From NCBI GenBank assembly GCA_964016885.1, contig OZ024741.1, positions 190,712,001 through 190,776,000 of the forward strand: 64,000 nucleotides of DNA. The letters run 5' to 3'. The notes beneath the pieces are model-generated. The model had not been told where the DNA came from. It made no database searches and saw nothing but the letters and a program-made list of their open reading frames with translations. The position numbers were made by a program, and so were the translations under genes. Source of the stretch: Eledone cirrhosa. Lineage: Eukaryota. The first letter of the stretch is position 1; every line of letters begins with the position of its first letter. This document shows positions 12,039-23,885 of this stretch, in pieces.

Positions 12039-12066
12039 CATGGAACTCTTTTAACCATCTTTTGAT

Positions 12067-12129
<63 letters not shown>

Positions 12130-12134
12130 GCAAA

Positions 12135-13740
12135 CACATGATAGCACCACACCCAACCACTAGCACAACCCAGAACGAAACCACACACACAACACAACCT
12201 AGATGCCAGCTCCACACAGAATACAAACAACCGACAACGTGGCAACAAACCCATAACCCCCAACTGCAACTGCAAAAAGCGGGTAGAATGCCCATTAAAC
12301 GCGGAATGCCTCGTTAAAAACATTATTTACCGGTGTGATGTCACAGCTGGCCGAAAAGAATACTCCTACTAGAGGCGACCTCGACTACGTTTAAGGTGCG
12401 TTGGTATAACCACAAAAGCTCCTTCAAACACAAGCCCAAACGATCCCAAACAAGACAGGCTGACTTGATCTGGGACCTCAAAGACCAGAACATGAATACC
12501 AGATCAAATGGTCAGTTAAAAGACACGTGGCCCAACTCCCCAACGACAGAAACCACTGCAGGTTATGCCTGGCCGATGCGGCTGAGATCATTAAATTGAA
12601 ATCGGCCATAAACTCAAGACCTGACAATTATAAACAGCAGACAAACCAGGTTGACCACCTTCTCTGCACAAACATTCGGCCGAGGGCCAGCCACTAACCC
12701 TGACTCAACATAGGGATAACCACCTTTGCCTTTCCACACCGTCCCTCATGTCAGTACGTCTGTCTTCTATAACATGTAACCCATTGTAAGATTAGATCTT
12801 GTAAATATCATGTCGCACCCATCACCCCCAACAAACACATCGCCATACGTCCCACCATCCCTCATTCACTACCCTGTTTTCCCCGTGTTCTCTATGTCAT
12901 TTTTTAACCCGTAATTCATCGTAAAATTCGATCCTGTAAATATCATGTCGCACCCACCACCACCACCATCACCAGGCACATCGCCATACTTCCATAACCA
13001 TCAACATCACCAACACATTTAATCCCTCCCTAAACAAAGCATGTGTATTTGTCTGTGTGTAAGTATATTTGTACAACGCCATCTCCACTGGCTCTCTATA
13101 TATACACATGTGTATGTATGCAACGTATTTGTCAGACTTAGTGTGTCTATATATGTATCTCCTTATGGAAATGAAACCTCGAACACAATCATCACAACAT
13201 CATAAACACCGCAACCTTTCATCTTTATCACAAACAACAACACCACACCCACACCACACCCAAAAATCAGCCACATCTATATGCCAAACTGTCTACCGAC
13301 AACCAGCACCCCCACACCCTCGCCCACTTCAACCTGCGACCGACACCACCAACTTATCACCACACCCACCCTCCACATACACTACAGGCAATAACATCCC
13401 TATGAATTAATCCACCAATCAAAACAAACTTCAATGATCACCATAGGAACTTTTGACTTTATCATACAGCATGTATTCATTTTGCCATTAACATTATAAG
13501 GGGTCTGACGAGCCGCGGATTACAGAGTCAGGTCAGATCGATACAGATCGAACCTTGAGCTGATCAGTGACGAAACGCGCGTCACCAACCAATAAACGTA
13601 ATGAAGGAGTAACCAATCATCCTTGTTATTTTATTTCACTATTATACACTCTGACTAGCTCTACACCTCGACACTGAAGTGAACCTAAACATCGAGTGCT
13701 TACTCGGGTGAACCTACAGTAACTCCAAGTTACACTCCCT

Positions 13741-13742
<2 letters not shown>
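12135..13742 (+). mobile_element. PLE 3' part: degenerate GIY-YIG (~12260-12690), 3' UTR, HHR-bearing pLTR; partial tail copy at 15643-15757 (-)
   Basis: CNCKKRVECPLNAECLVKNIIYRC...FKVRWYNHKSSFK...LIWDLKD with stops and frameshifts; (TA)n on both sides. Confidence 0.8.
13502..13586 (+). ncRNA. Type I HHR with ~60-nt stem II
   Basis: GGT-CTGACGA-[13512-13571]-GAAA-CGCGCG-TC-ACC, then AATAAA at 13591. Confidence 0.75.
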
Positions 13743-13791
<49 letters not shown>

Positions 13792-13924
13792 CAAAGGAAT
13801 ATTTAATTTGTTGGTAATTCAACAAATATATATATTTATAATAGATTCGAAGCACTCGACAAGTTTTCTGGAGTATAATATCAATTATATTAATAAATGG
13901 AAACTATATTTATAAAACCATATT

Positions 13925-13985
13925 TATTCTATTATATATATTTCAAGGGTACCAAAATTTTGGTACACGCTCATCAGATAAAATA
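13925..13985 (-). ncRNA. Type I hammerhead ribozyme in a solo pLTR fragment (~13789-14040)
   Basis: Minus strand: TATTTTAT-CTGATGA-GCGTGTACCAAAATTTTGGTACCCTT-GAAA-TATATA-TA-ATAGAATA. Confidence 0.75.
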
Positions 13986-14692
13986 CAAAGTTTGTTTTAT
14001 AAATATTGACATATCCAGGAATGGGACCTTAACGGTTCAATTTTTATATATATGTAGACACACACACACACACTTATATACATACACGTTCGTGCTTACT
14101 TCTCTACCCTTTGCACCGTCACGTTTGCCCCGTCGGCTATCACACAACGCTTGTACATTCATCCCTAGATTCGTATGACTCTCTCATGGTCAGAAACATA
14201 CTCTTATTGCTGATACAAACCAACTAAATACGCACACACACACCTCTACTTTTCCCTTCACAGCGCTGTATATATATATATGCACACACACACTCCCTTA
14301 TATTAACATACTTTTGCTCACAGCTTCGTACTTAGAAGTACACACACACTCTTTTACTTACACACACACATATCCTCTTAGCTTCATACGGACGTATAAT
14401 AACACACACACATACACACGCGCACACGTATAGCTCTAAACGCCAGCATCATCAGTTTTCCAAGACATGACAACATGAATGAACCTGTTATTTTTCTAAA
14501 TGTTTCTTCCTTTTCATGTAGTGTTTATAAGTGTTAAATGTTCAAATCAACAATGGAACGTGCCAATATATCACTTATTCCAACCCTCTATAACCTCAAA
14601 TGTATTCACTAACATATTGTACACACGCATATCTATACAATCCAATGGTACTTCCCCATTAACACACACACACACACACGCGCGCACGCACG

Positions 14693-14857
<165 letters not shown>

Positions 14858-14949
14858 GTTAAGTATTTCCATAGAAAAGGTAAAGGAAAGAAAAGTGTTC
14901 TATATATAGTACAGAGCTACTTAATTATGTAATAAACAACAATATAATT

Positions 14950-15022
14950 ATTCCATTACCCAAAGTTTCACGAAGTTAGACGATTCTAACAGAGCCGTCT
15001 GATATCGTTCATCAGAAGGAAT
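14950..15022 (-). ncRNA. Type I hammerhead ribozyme in a solo pLTR fragment
   Basis: Minus strand: ATTCCTT-CTGATGA-ACGA..AGACGG...TCGTCT..TCGT-GAAA-CTTTGGG-TA-ATGGAAT. Confidence 0.7.
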
Positions 15023-15369
15023 CTTTATATGGATATAAGATATGAAATTAAAATCTATTATAAATGAAAGTGAGACTGAAATAAAATAACGGGGAAAAAT
15101 ACATGTACACACAGAATCAGATATACATAGATGCGCACATACGTAAAATTAGGGATAAAGATATATATATATATATATATATGTAGATAAATCTACCAAA
15201 AGTTTACGGTAGTGTCCAATCCGTATGAAGAACTCAATGTAATCCGGATATCATGAAAAGAGAAGATGCATTCAAAAACTACTTTCGGTGAAAAATAAAC
15301 GGAAAACAGAGTCAAGATAAATTAATAAAATAATGAATAAACAAAGAAACAGTTCCTTATATTAAAAAA

Positions 15370-15445
<76 letters not shown>

Positions 15446-15591
15446 GATATCAGTCATTGTTTAAATATGATTAGATGTTTAGTTAATCATTTAAAAACCC
15501 GCAAAAATACATATAAATATATTTGTTGAGTGCTTTATATCAGTTATAAAAATATTTGCTTGTTGTATCCCAACAATTTAAATAGAACTTT

Positions 15592-15644
<53 letters not shown>

Positions 15645-15780
15645 AGGGGTGTAACTAGGAGTTATTGCAGGTTCACTCGGGAGAGCACTCGATGTTTAGG
15701 TCCACTTCTGTGATGAGGTGTAGAGCTATACAGAGTGTAATATATTGAAAGGATAACAATATATATATATATATATATAT

Positions 15781-15845
<65 letters not shown>

Positions 15846-15928
15846 GGAAAAATTTGAACAGGGACAAAACAGAGAGGCAGTACAACGAATGTTTATTAAT
15901 TTCACGCTCTGGAGAGTGGGGTGTTGGT

Positions 15929-15966
15929 GGGGGACGACGTTTCGGGCATAAGCCCTTCCTCGGGTG
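15929..15966 (-). ncRNA. Degenerate HHR-like motif
   Basis: Minus strand: CCGAGGA-A-GGGC(TTAT)GCCC-GAAA-CGTCG-TC; stem I does not pair. Confidence 0.45.
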
Positions 15967-16065
15967 AGAAGTGTGTGGGAACAGAGTTCAAAGGGTGTGT
16001 AGGGGAGTGGTGGAGAGACATATAGCGAAAGGAAACGGTGCGAATGAAAAAAATAAAAATAAAAC

Positions 16066-16118
<53 letters not shown>

Positions 16119-16124
16119 ATCTAT

Positions 16125-16292
16125 CTAAGGCGGGTAAAATTCCCGAGATCCATGGACGAGTTCTCTCCAGCGGTCTCTGTCCCTCATTATCGCTGCCATA
16201 TCCTGCATCTCCAACAGACCAGTGTCTGTCCTTAGGGCATCAACATATGTTAACCTTGGTCTTCCTCTTCTAGTGTGTCCATGTAGGGGCTC
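16125..16292 (-). mobile_element. RTE-like LINE 3' fragment
   Basis: WEPLHGHTRRGRPRLTYVDALRTDTG...MRDRDRWRELV. Confidence 0.7.
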
Positions 16293-17398
16293 CCAATATA
16301 TATATATATACACACACTTATATGAAGATGTACGTACAAACAAACATACAAACATACATACAAACATTCATAAACATAAATAAATCTATATACATATAGA
16401 CACGTGGACGCATGTGTCTGAAAACCGTCATAGGTATGTACACATACATAAAATACGGACGTATTTTATGTATGCGTACATCTTTTTTCCTGTTGGAATA
16501 AACATAATATATATTTGGACACTCAACCACCCTGAACTTTTTTCAATTATGAAATACCATTTACACTCACTACCCTGAACTCTTTTTCTTTATGAACACA
16601 TACATTTAACTACAACCATAACACAATAAACACCCACATATTTATTATAATTACATATACTTGGTCATACCTTTAACACACACACACATTGACTACTCTC
16701 CTTCTTTCCACTTTTCAATCTCAATAAGACGCTTTGAACACTTCTTCTTTCTAGTTAACACTTATATACTATATTATATTCTTTACACTATCTTACCAAT
16801 TCTTTATTACAACACCGGGAACTCCTCTATACAAATTATTTAACATATTCATAGATACATATGAATATCTTTAAGTACTTATATATTTTTCTATGGTTGA
16901 ACTTACAAGTGTGTATGTGTATATACATTTACCTTATATGTACGTAATTATTCATATCTTTTGTGTATACATATTTATTTCCTGTGTAAGTGTATATATA
17001 TGTGTGTGTGTGTATGTGTACGGGTATATGTATATACGTGTGTGTGTGTATGTGTGCACATGTGTATAAATGTGTATGCATATGCATGTGTATATATATA
17101 TATATATATGTGTGTATACATGTATATGTGCATGTATATATATGTATGTATGCATGTATAAGTGCATGTGCATACATATGTGTGCATGCGTGTGTATACA
17201 TATGTGTGCATGCTTTTATATGCAAGTTTGCATGCGTACTTGAATATATCTTCTATCCGTTTTTACCTACGTATTGCGTATAAGTGCGCCCTTAACTTAT
17301 GTTTTTTAAACATTCAATGTGTATTACGTATGCATGAATACGTAAGTATATGTGTGCGTCTGTGCCTATGTGTGTATGTGTGTATACGTACATGGATA

Positions 17399-17496
<98 letters not shown>

Positions 17497-17736
17497 CATA
17501 TATATATGTGTCTATATGTATGTATATATATATATATATATGTGCATGTGTGTGTATGTATGTATTTCCACACATGTCCAAATATATGCGTATTTAAATG
17601 TATATGTGGTAATATATACGTACTTATGTGTATATGTGCTAATATATACGTATCTATTTATCGATTTATGTATTTGTTTATTATTTTTTTGAGTGAGTCC
17701 CTCATTCTTGCTCTTGTGTTGGCATGTAAACAGAAC

Positions 17737-17778
17737 TGCAGACACTAATGTTTCTGGGTATTAGCCATCATCAGTACA
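17737..17778 (-). ncRNA. Compact type I HHR of a solo retrozyme-like element
   Basis: Minus strand: TGTA-CTGATGA-TGG(CTAATAC)CCA-GAAA-CATTAGTG-TC-TGCA; octamer 84 nt upstream. Confidence 0.7.
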
Positions 17779-17858
17779 CGTCACTGTTCACCTGCCAACT
17801 GTCAGAGCTGGTGAATATGTATGCTATTTTCTAAAATATACAGTGACTGATCAGCCTG

Positions 17859-17866
17859 ATTTGCAT
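17859..17866 (-). promoter_or_regulatory. Octamer motif ATGCAAAT upstream of the HHR
   Basis: Exact octamer followed by CAGGCTGATCAGTC, which resembles TAGGCTGCTCAGCC after the octamer at 21347. Confidence 0.5.
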
Positions 17867-17976
17867 ATTAGCAGACTGGCTGATCAGTCAGTTTCCTGTA
17901 TACGAGTGATCAATGGCCGGCTTTGCCATATTCAAATAAAATTAAAAAAACATATATATATATATATATATATATA

Positions 17977-20083
17977 AATTATACAATTATCAAAGTTATG
18001 TTCAAATCATTTTATTGCGGACAATCGTTTCTTCCAAACTTTCGTTTGGAATCATCGGAGCATTAGCAATGTTTGTACATATAATTAACCTCCTATTCAA
18101 CTGAACAATCATATAGATACATATATATTGATGTTGTGAACAACAGTTTCATATTTACAGGGTGGAATGGATGCGACATATATTATACGAGAATTGTACA
18201 ATAATTCAAATTAAAATAACACAGGTATACAAGCATATCAAGCAAAGGAGCTTGTGTATTAAAATTATGGTGGATGTAATGTGAACTGCTTCAAGATGAG
18301 ATACAACTCGCACCACCACTCATTCAAAAATCGCAATCTAGCCTACTCTACTTCTTTATCTAGCTACATACACTCTCTGAAAACTCGGAATAGACCATAT
18401 ACACTTCAATGGGAAGTAATAGATAGGGCTGCATCGTATAAACCACCGAATAAATTGTGTAACTTCTGTCTTCTAGAGACCCATAATATAATCTTTTCGA
18501 GACTTCCTAAATAGAAAATCAGAGGTGTTTTCCTCATGCCAGCACCACTACCGACACTCGTTCCATAACTTTAAACCTAGCTGCTAGTATAACAATGTCA
18601 GATTTGAATTCCTCACCACCATTAACACTTCACCTCTAGGACTTATCAGCCCCCACAGCATCACAATCTTTGATCAGCTCTTTCCTCTACACAACTCCTA
18701 TTTATCTCTAACCTTAAACTCTACAATAACTGTTAGAAATAAACATAAAGTTACCACCTTTTAATATAACTACTATAGCTTACTTATATACAGTAATGGA
18801 TATATAATATGTAGAGAAATTTAATGTAATATGTAATAATAAATTATATATACATTTATAATTAAATATATAAATTAATAGCATTATATATAAGGGATTA
18901 ACTTTTAACATAATATAATGTATATTAATAACACAAGAGATTTAACTAATTGGACCTGTAAACAGCTATACATTTTTCCATAACTTATATCTTATCCAGT
19001 AATGGATAGATAACAATGTAATGAGACCTTTAATGTATTATAGGAAAATAGACTATATTTAAAATTAAATATAAATAAATAACATTATAAGGAGGGATTC
19101 ACTTGTAACACAATATATTATATCTTAGAGCAAAGAATTTAAATAATTGATACTTTCCTATATAATTTAATTTAATTAGGTAGTTACCTCCCCTTACGCA
19201 TTAGCTCCCCTTAATTTTGGATCTCATACTCACTTCCGGAAATTAAACCGTTAGAAAAACTCGCTGTAAAAAAACTCTAATCCATGGATACAATATGACC
19301 AATTTACAATCCATTGCTATAACTAACTAAAAACATTCAATATAAACATTAACTAAAATATAATTTAACATATGTAATGGAAAAGATAACTCTCAACACA
19401 TACACATTTGAACACTACAGAAACTACCATCAAATTACATCCACCATAATTTTAATACACTAGCCTCTTTGCTTGATATGCTTGTATACCTGTGTTATTT
19501 TATGTGATACCTTTGCCATACAGTATTTATTTATGCCTAATACATTTGCTTGTTTCCTCATATATATGACTAACGCATGTGCACCCTCTACACGCTTGCA
19601 TATGTACTGCTAGTGTCCTCATTCTTCCCCAATGCCTCTTTAATTATTAGACTATTCCCTTGTATTATCTGTTGCATGTATTCCACTCTGTGCTTTTAAT
19701 TTTAATTTGAATTATTGTACAATTCTCGTATAATATATGTCGCATCCATTCCACCCTGTAAATACGAAACTGTTGTTCACAACATCAATATATATATATC
19801 TATATGATTGTTCAGTTGAATAGGAGGTTAATTATATGTACAAACATTGCTAATGCTCCGATGATTCCAAACGAAAGTTTGGAAGAAACGATTGTCATCA
19901 ATAAAATGATTTGAACATAACTTTGATAATTGTATAATTTATATTCCTGCTCTGTAAAACACCTGATGTTCTTACATTGAGCTATTTCTCTTACTGGTAA
20001 TAAGGTAGTAATAAATTACTGACCTTCCCTGTTTATAGTTGTTTATAGTATATACATAACTATAAATAGTATCATTATTATTA
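17977..20083 (+). mobile_element. PLE 3' part with GIY-YIG remnant (~18270-18580) and inverted pLTR at its 5' end (17977-18213 vs 19704-19941)
   Basis: FKMRYNSHHHSFKNRNLAYSTSLSSYIHSLK...WEVIDRAASY...CNFCLLE; inverted arms carry the HHR. Confidence 0.8.
19854..19900 (+). ncRNA. HHR with CCGATGA core (mirror copy 18016-18062 on -)
   Basis: TGCT-CCGATGA-TTCCAAAC(GAAA)GTTTGGAA-GAAA-CGATTG-TC, then AATAAA; stem I imperfect in both copies. Confidence 0.6.
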
Positions 20084-20181
20084 TTATATATATATATATA
20101 TATATACACACACGCACACATGCATACACGCTAAACATATACGAATGTATGGGTATGTATACACACACACAAAGGCACACG

Positions 20182-20266
<85 letters not shown>

Positions 20267-20425
20267 TGTATGTGTGTGTGTATGTGTTTGTATATGTTTT
20301 TCATACGTGTATATATGTATATACGTATGTGTGTGTGTATATATATATATATATATAGCTATATATATATAATTCAAGAGATAAGAGTAACATGGTTGTC
20401 TTTACAATAAGGGCTTTATTCACAG

Positions 20426-20534
20426 TGCTGACAATTGTTTTTTTGATCTGGTATGTCTAGAGTTCGCTAATCGCTAGATGTTGCGTCAATCGAACTCCAA
20501 TACTTTGTTTATAACCAGTTAATTCATCAGAGCA
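20426..20534 (-). ncRNA. HHR with long stem II, G12 apparently mutated; flanked by a 22-bp inverted repeat (20371-20392 / 20541-20562)
   Basis: Minus strand: TGCT-CTGATGA-..CTGGT...GAGTTCG...CGAACTC...ACCAG..-(A)AAA-CAATTG-TC-AGCA, then AATAAA. Confidence 0.55.
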
Positions 20535-20724
20535 AGCGAATGTTACTCTTATCTCTTGAATTATTATTACTCCAAGTATAACCTACATAGAAATCACCGT
20601 GAACTCGCTGCATCACTATGGAAGCGGCTTGTTTAGTCAAACTAAGCCATACGTTAATACCATCCACAACACAGAGTACTCTAACTGGACTACCTCTAAG
20701 TGGATTGCCTATAACGATAACTTG

Positions 20725-20786
<62 letters not shown>

Positions 20787-20893
20787 GTTTGTATTTGTAA
20801 AGCCAAAACAATGCAGGTATGGATATAGAATATAAATGCAAATGCAAAAGATATTGTTGACAATTAGTCTTTTACCTTAAATTTATTTAAATA

Positions 20894-20998
20894 TCCTTAA
20901 TTTTCGAGATAATATCTCTTCTTCGGAGGGAAGTAAAGTTGTTAAACCAGCGTTCTAAATAGCTTGGCAAGCTATTTAGAAAGCTGGTTTAACAACTT
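20894..20998 (-). repeat. pLTR fragment with HHR-like motif (20894-20930) ending in a 63-bp fold-back palindrome (20936-20998)
   Basis: Minus strand CCT-CCGAAGA-A-GAGAT(ATT)ATCTC-GAAA-AT-TA-AGG; palindrome AAGTTGTTAAACCAGC...GCTGGTTTAACAACTT. Confidence 0.55.
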
Positions 20999-21346
20999 AC
21001 ATCGTTCCTGTGTCAGTGTTGAACAAAAAGGTGACGTGGTTGCCTTAACACCGTATGGCATAAATTCAGGCTGTTCAGTTTGTTTACAAACGAACAAAGC
21101 GACGTTAGCGCCGCTAAACTGATACGTGCATATATGTATGTGTACCTGTATGCATATGTATATATATATGTATATATATATATATATGTGCATGCTACTG
21201 TACGTCTGTATACATATATGTATGTACGTATACATGCATACTTACATTTAAGTAAGTGCCATACTAAGAGTGAGAAATGAAATTTCGTTTTCATTTTGTT
21301 TCAATTTATCGTTTTCGGTATGCCTGACCGATTTAACTCACTCAAT

Positions 21347-21394
21347 ATGCAAATTAGGCTGCTCAGCCGTTAATTTTCATAAGGAAAGTATATA
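21347..21394 (+). promoter_or_regulatory. Putative internal snRNA-type promoter: octamer ATGCAAAT (21347-21354) plus conserved block TAATTTTCATAAGGAAAGTATATA (21371-21394)
   Basis: Both blocks and their spacing are conserved in the otherwise divergent 469-bp family. Confidence 0.5.
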
Positions 21395-21427
21395 CTTTCG
21401 AACGTTCAACTATCTGGCAGATGGGTA

Positions 21428-21472
21428 AACGGTGCTGATGATAGCTAACAAGCTTGAAACTAGTACATCGTT
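21428..21472 (+). ncRNA. Minimal type I hammerhead ribozyme; predicted cleavage after 21465
   Basis: AACGGTG-CTGATGA-TAGC(TAACAA)GCTT-GAAA-CTAG-TA-CATCGTT. Confidence 0.85.
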
Positions 21473-21826
21473 CCTGTGTCAGTGTTGAACAAAAAGGTGA
21501 CGTGGTTGCCTTAACACCGTATGGCATAAATTCAGGCTGTTCAGTTTGTTTACAAACGAACAAAGCGACGTTAGCGCCGCTAAACTGATACGTGCATATA
21601 TGTATGTGTACCTGTATGCATATGTATATATATATGTATATATATATATATATGTGCATGCTACTGTACGTCTGTATACATATATGTATGTACGTATACA
21701 TGCATACTTACATTTAAGTAAGTGCCATACTAAGAGTGAGAAATGAAATTTCGTTTTCATTTTGTTTCAATTTATATATATATGTATGTATGTTTATATA
21801 TATATATATATATATGTATGTATATT

Positions 21827-21913
<87 letters not shown>

Positions 21914-21934
21914 ATATGTATGTATATATATATT

Positions 21935-21965
<31 letters not shown>

Positions 21966-22533
21966 ATTTATATGTATGTATATATATATATATATATAAT
22001 TATATTTTCCAATTATATATATATATATATATATATAATAAACGAATGGAGCTGTGTGGTTACTGTAAACAAAGTTTAAAATGTAGTAGTATGGATGAAA
22101 CAAGAGAAGAAAAAAAAGGAAGAAAAGAGATCCTTCATCAGCTGTAAAATCACTATGAAGATGTTTCGGTGCTTAATACAGGACATCTATAAGCAATCAG
22201 TGGTGCACCCAAGGCCTTTTCTCAATCAAAAGGCCAGGAGGGAAATAAAAGAAAAAGGAAGGAAAAAAAAGAAAAAAAGAAGGAAAAAAAAGAAAAAAAG
22301 GGCGAAAGGTAATGAGGAGAGAGGAAGAAAGAGAAAAAACAAGTAAACAGACCAGATAGTGGGGGGGACACAGGACAATGGAACATGCAAGTGAGCAACC
22401 AAGGAAAAAATGGAATAGAATAAGTACTGAATAGACGTAAGTCGGGTGGGATGTGATAACAGGAACCGAGTGTTACTGTGTCAACTCAATCGAAGTGGAG
22501 AGAGACGGAGAAGGGAAAGGGAGATAATATATA

Positions 22534-23205
22534 TCATCATCATCATCATCATCATCATCGTTTAACGTCCGTGTTCCACGCTTGCATGGGTTTGGACGGA
22601 GGGTTTTCCCACTTGAGGCAAGAGTGGTTATCTTGCTCGCATAGGACTATCTGGCGGGTTTTCTACAGCTGGATGCCCTTCCTAACACCAACCACATTTA
22701 CAGTGTGGGGCTGGGAGGTTTTTACCGTGTTGCCTACACGGCCACATTACAGCGTGAACTGTGTGTTTTTTTGACGTGACACCTACACGATCTCATTTGT
22801 TTCGGCCTGGATGTTGTGGCACCAACATAACTTTACATTGAAAGGGGCGGTGTGGATGGGGTGGGGTGGTGGGACGGGGGTGTATTTTGTTAGAGATGCC
22901 TACTGACTGTAGTAGGTTTTACTTTGTATTTAGGTAAGGCGGGTCTTCTCTATTACTGAGTACCGCCAAAGGTCTCGGTCCAGTGACATTGTCTTGGAGA
23001 GGTGTAAGTGTGTGAGGTCGGAATTTATCAGCTCGTCCCAGGTTTTTCTGGGTCTGCCTATTCCGTGGCTACCGTCTATCTTTATTGCCCTGCACTTTGT
23101 TATACAGCTATCGTCCTTCATGCGCATCACGTGACCATACCAACGTAGCCTTCTCTCGAGTAAACAACATCTGATCCCTCTTATTTCTAATTTTTTCCTT
23201 AGTTC
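22534..23205 (-). mobile_element. RTE-like LINE 3' end with (ATG)n tail
   Basis: ELRKKLEIRGIRCCLLERRLRWYGHVMRM...GRPRKTWDE...DRDLWR; UTR shares CAGCTGGATGCCCTTCCTAACACC with SINE family 2. Confidence 0.8.
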
Positions 23206-23207
23206 GT

Positions 23208-23257
<50 letters not shown>

Positions 23258-23279
23258 CATACATATATATATATATATA

Positions 23280-23730
23280 TTTGTTTTGCAAGATTTTTGA
23301 TATGAAATCGTGTGTCGAAACAAATATTGCCAGAAATAATAACAGAACACACTCACTGTTTGGTTTGGGATGGTTTTTCGTCACACATCTGCGACCTCAT
23401 CAGTGGTACTATTATGTTTCTTCCCATTGTATTGTAATGCCTACGCCATTTTTATTTTATTTATTTATTTATTTATTCTTGTCTCTGTCTCTGTTTGCAC
23501 ATGCGTTTGTTTGTGTGTTTAATGTTTGGTGTGCGTATTCGAACACACACATCAAACATTAAACACACATACAAACGCATGCACACCATTTTGGTGCTGT
23601 AGGGAAGGACAGAAATTTGGTGTGTATGGATCCCTTCTCTGTGATTCTTAGTGTAAAGCTGAGGACATGTAAATAAACTAAGAGGTGACACACCAACATC
23701 TTTGTTGTCTTCAATTCTTTTCAAAATCTA
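23280..23730 (-). mobile_element. PLE pLTR fragment with HHR core and stem II (23376-23407)
   Basis: Minus strand CTGATGA-G-GTCGCA(GATG)TGTGAC-GAAA; tail resembles 61870-61920; stem I unpaired. Confidence 0.55.
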
Positions 23731-23885
23731 CTGTCCATTTTGTATTGTTGTAACCTTTGAATAACATATTACTTTATATACTAACATAATTCTTCAAACA
23801 AACTACAACATGCTCCTATATATATGAAAATAGATATAATATATGTATGTGTATATGTATATATATAATCTCAAACTTTTAACAG

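Larger units (their letters stand above)
9654..12069 (-). mobile_element. PLE with GIY-YIG remnant, long 3' region and inverted partner (arms ~9654-10283 and ~11455-12069)
   Basis: Reverse-complement arms, an HHR in each, and an endonuclease ORF between them. Confidence 0.85.
20998..21775 (+). mobile_element. Non-coding HHR tandem repeat (retrozyme/satellite-2-like), 466-bp monomer, ~1.7 copies
   Basis: 21000 and 21466 start apparently identical units (duplicate ORFs offset by 466). The HHR spans the unit junction; the array ends in (TA)n. Confidence 0.85.

Noticed and set aside
22128-22215. Possible hammerhead on the minus strand
   Set aside because: GAAA and a possible stem II exist, but I could not assemble a consistent core and stem I; at best a decayed copy.
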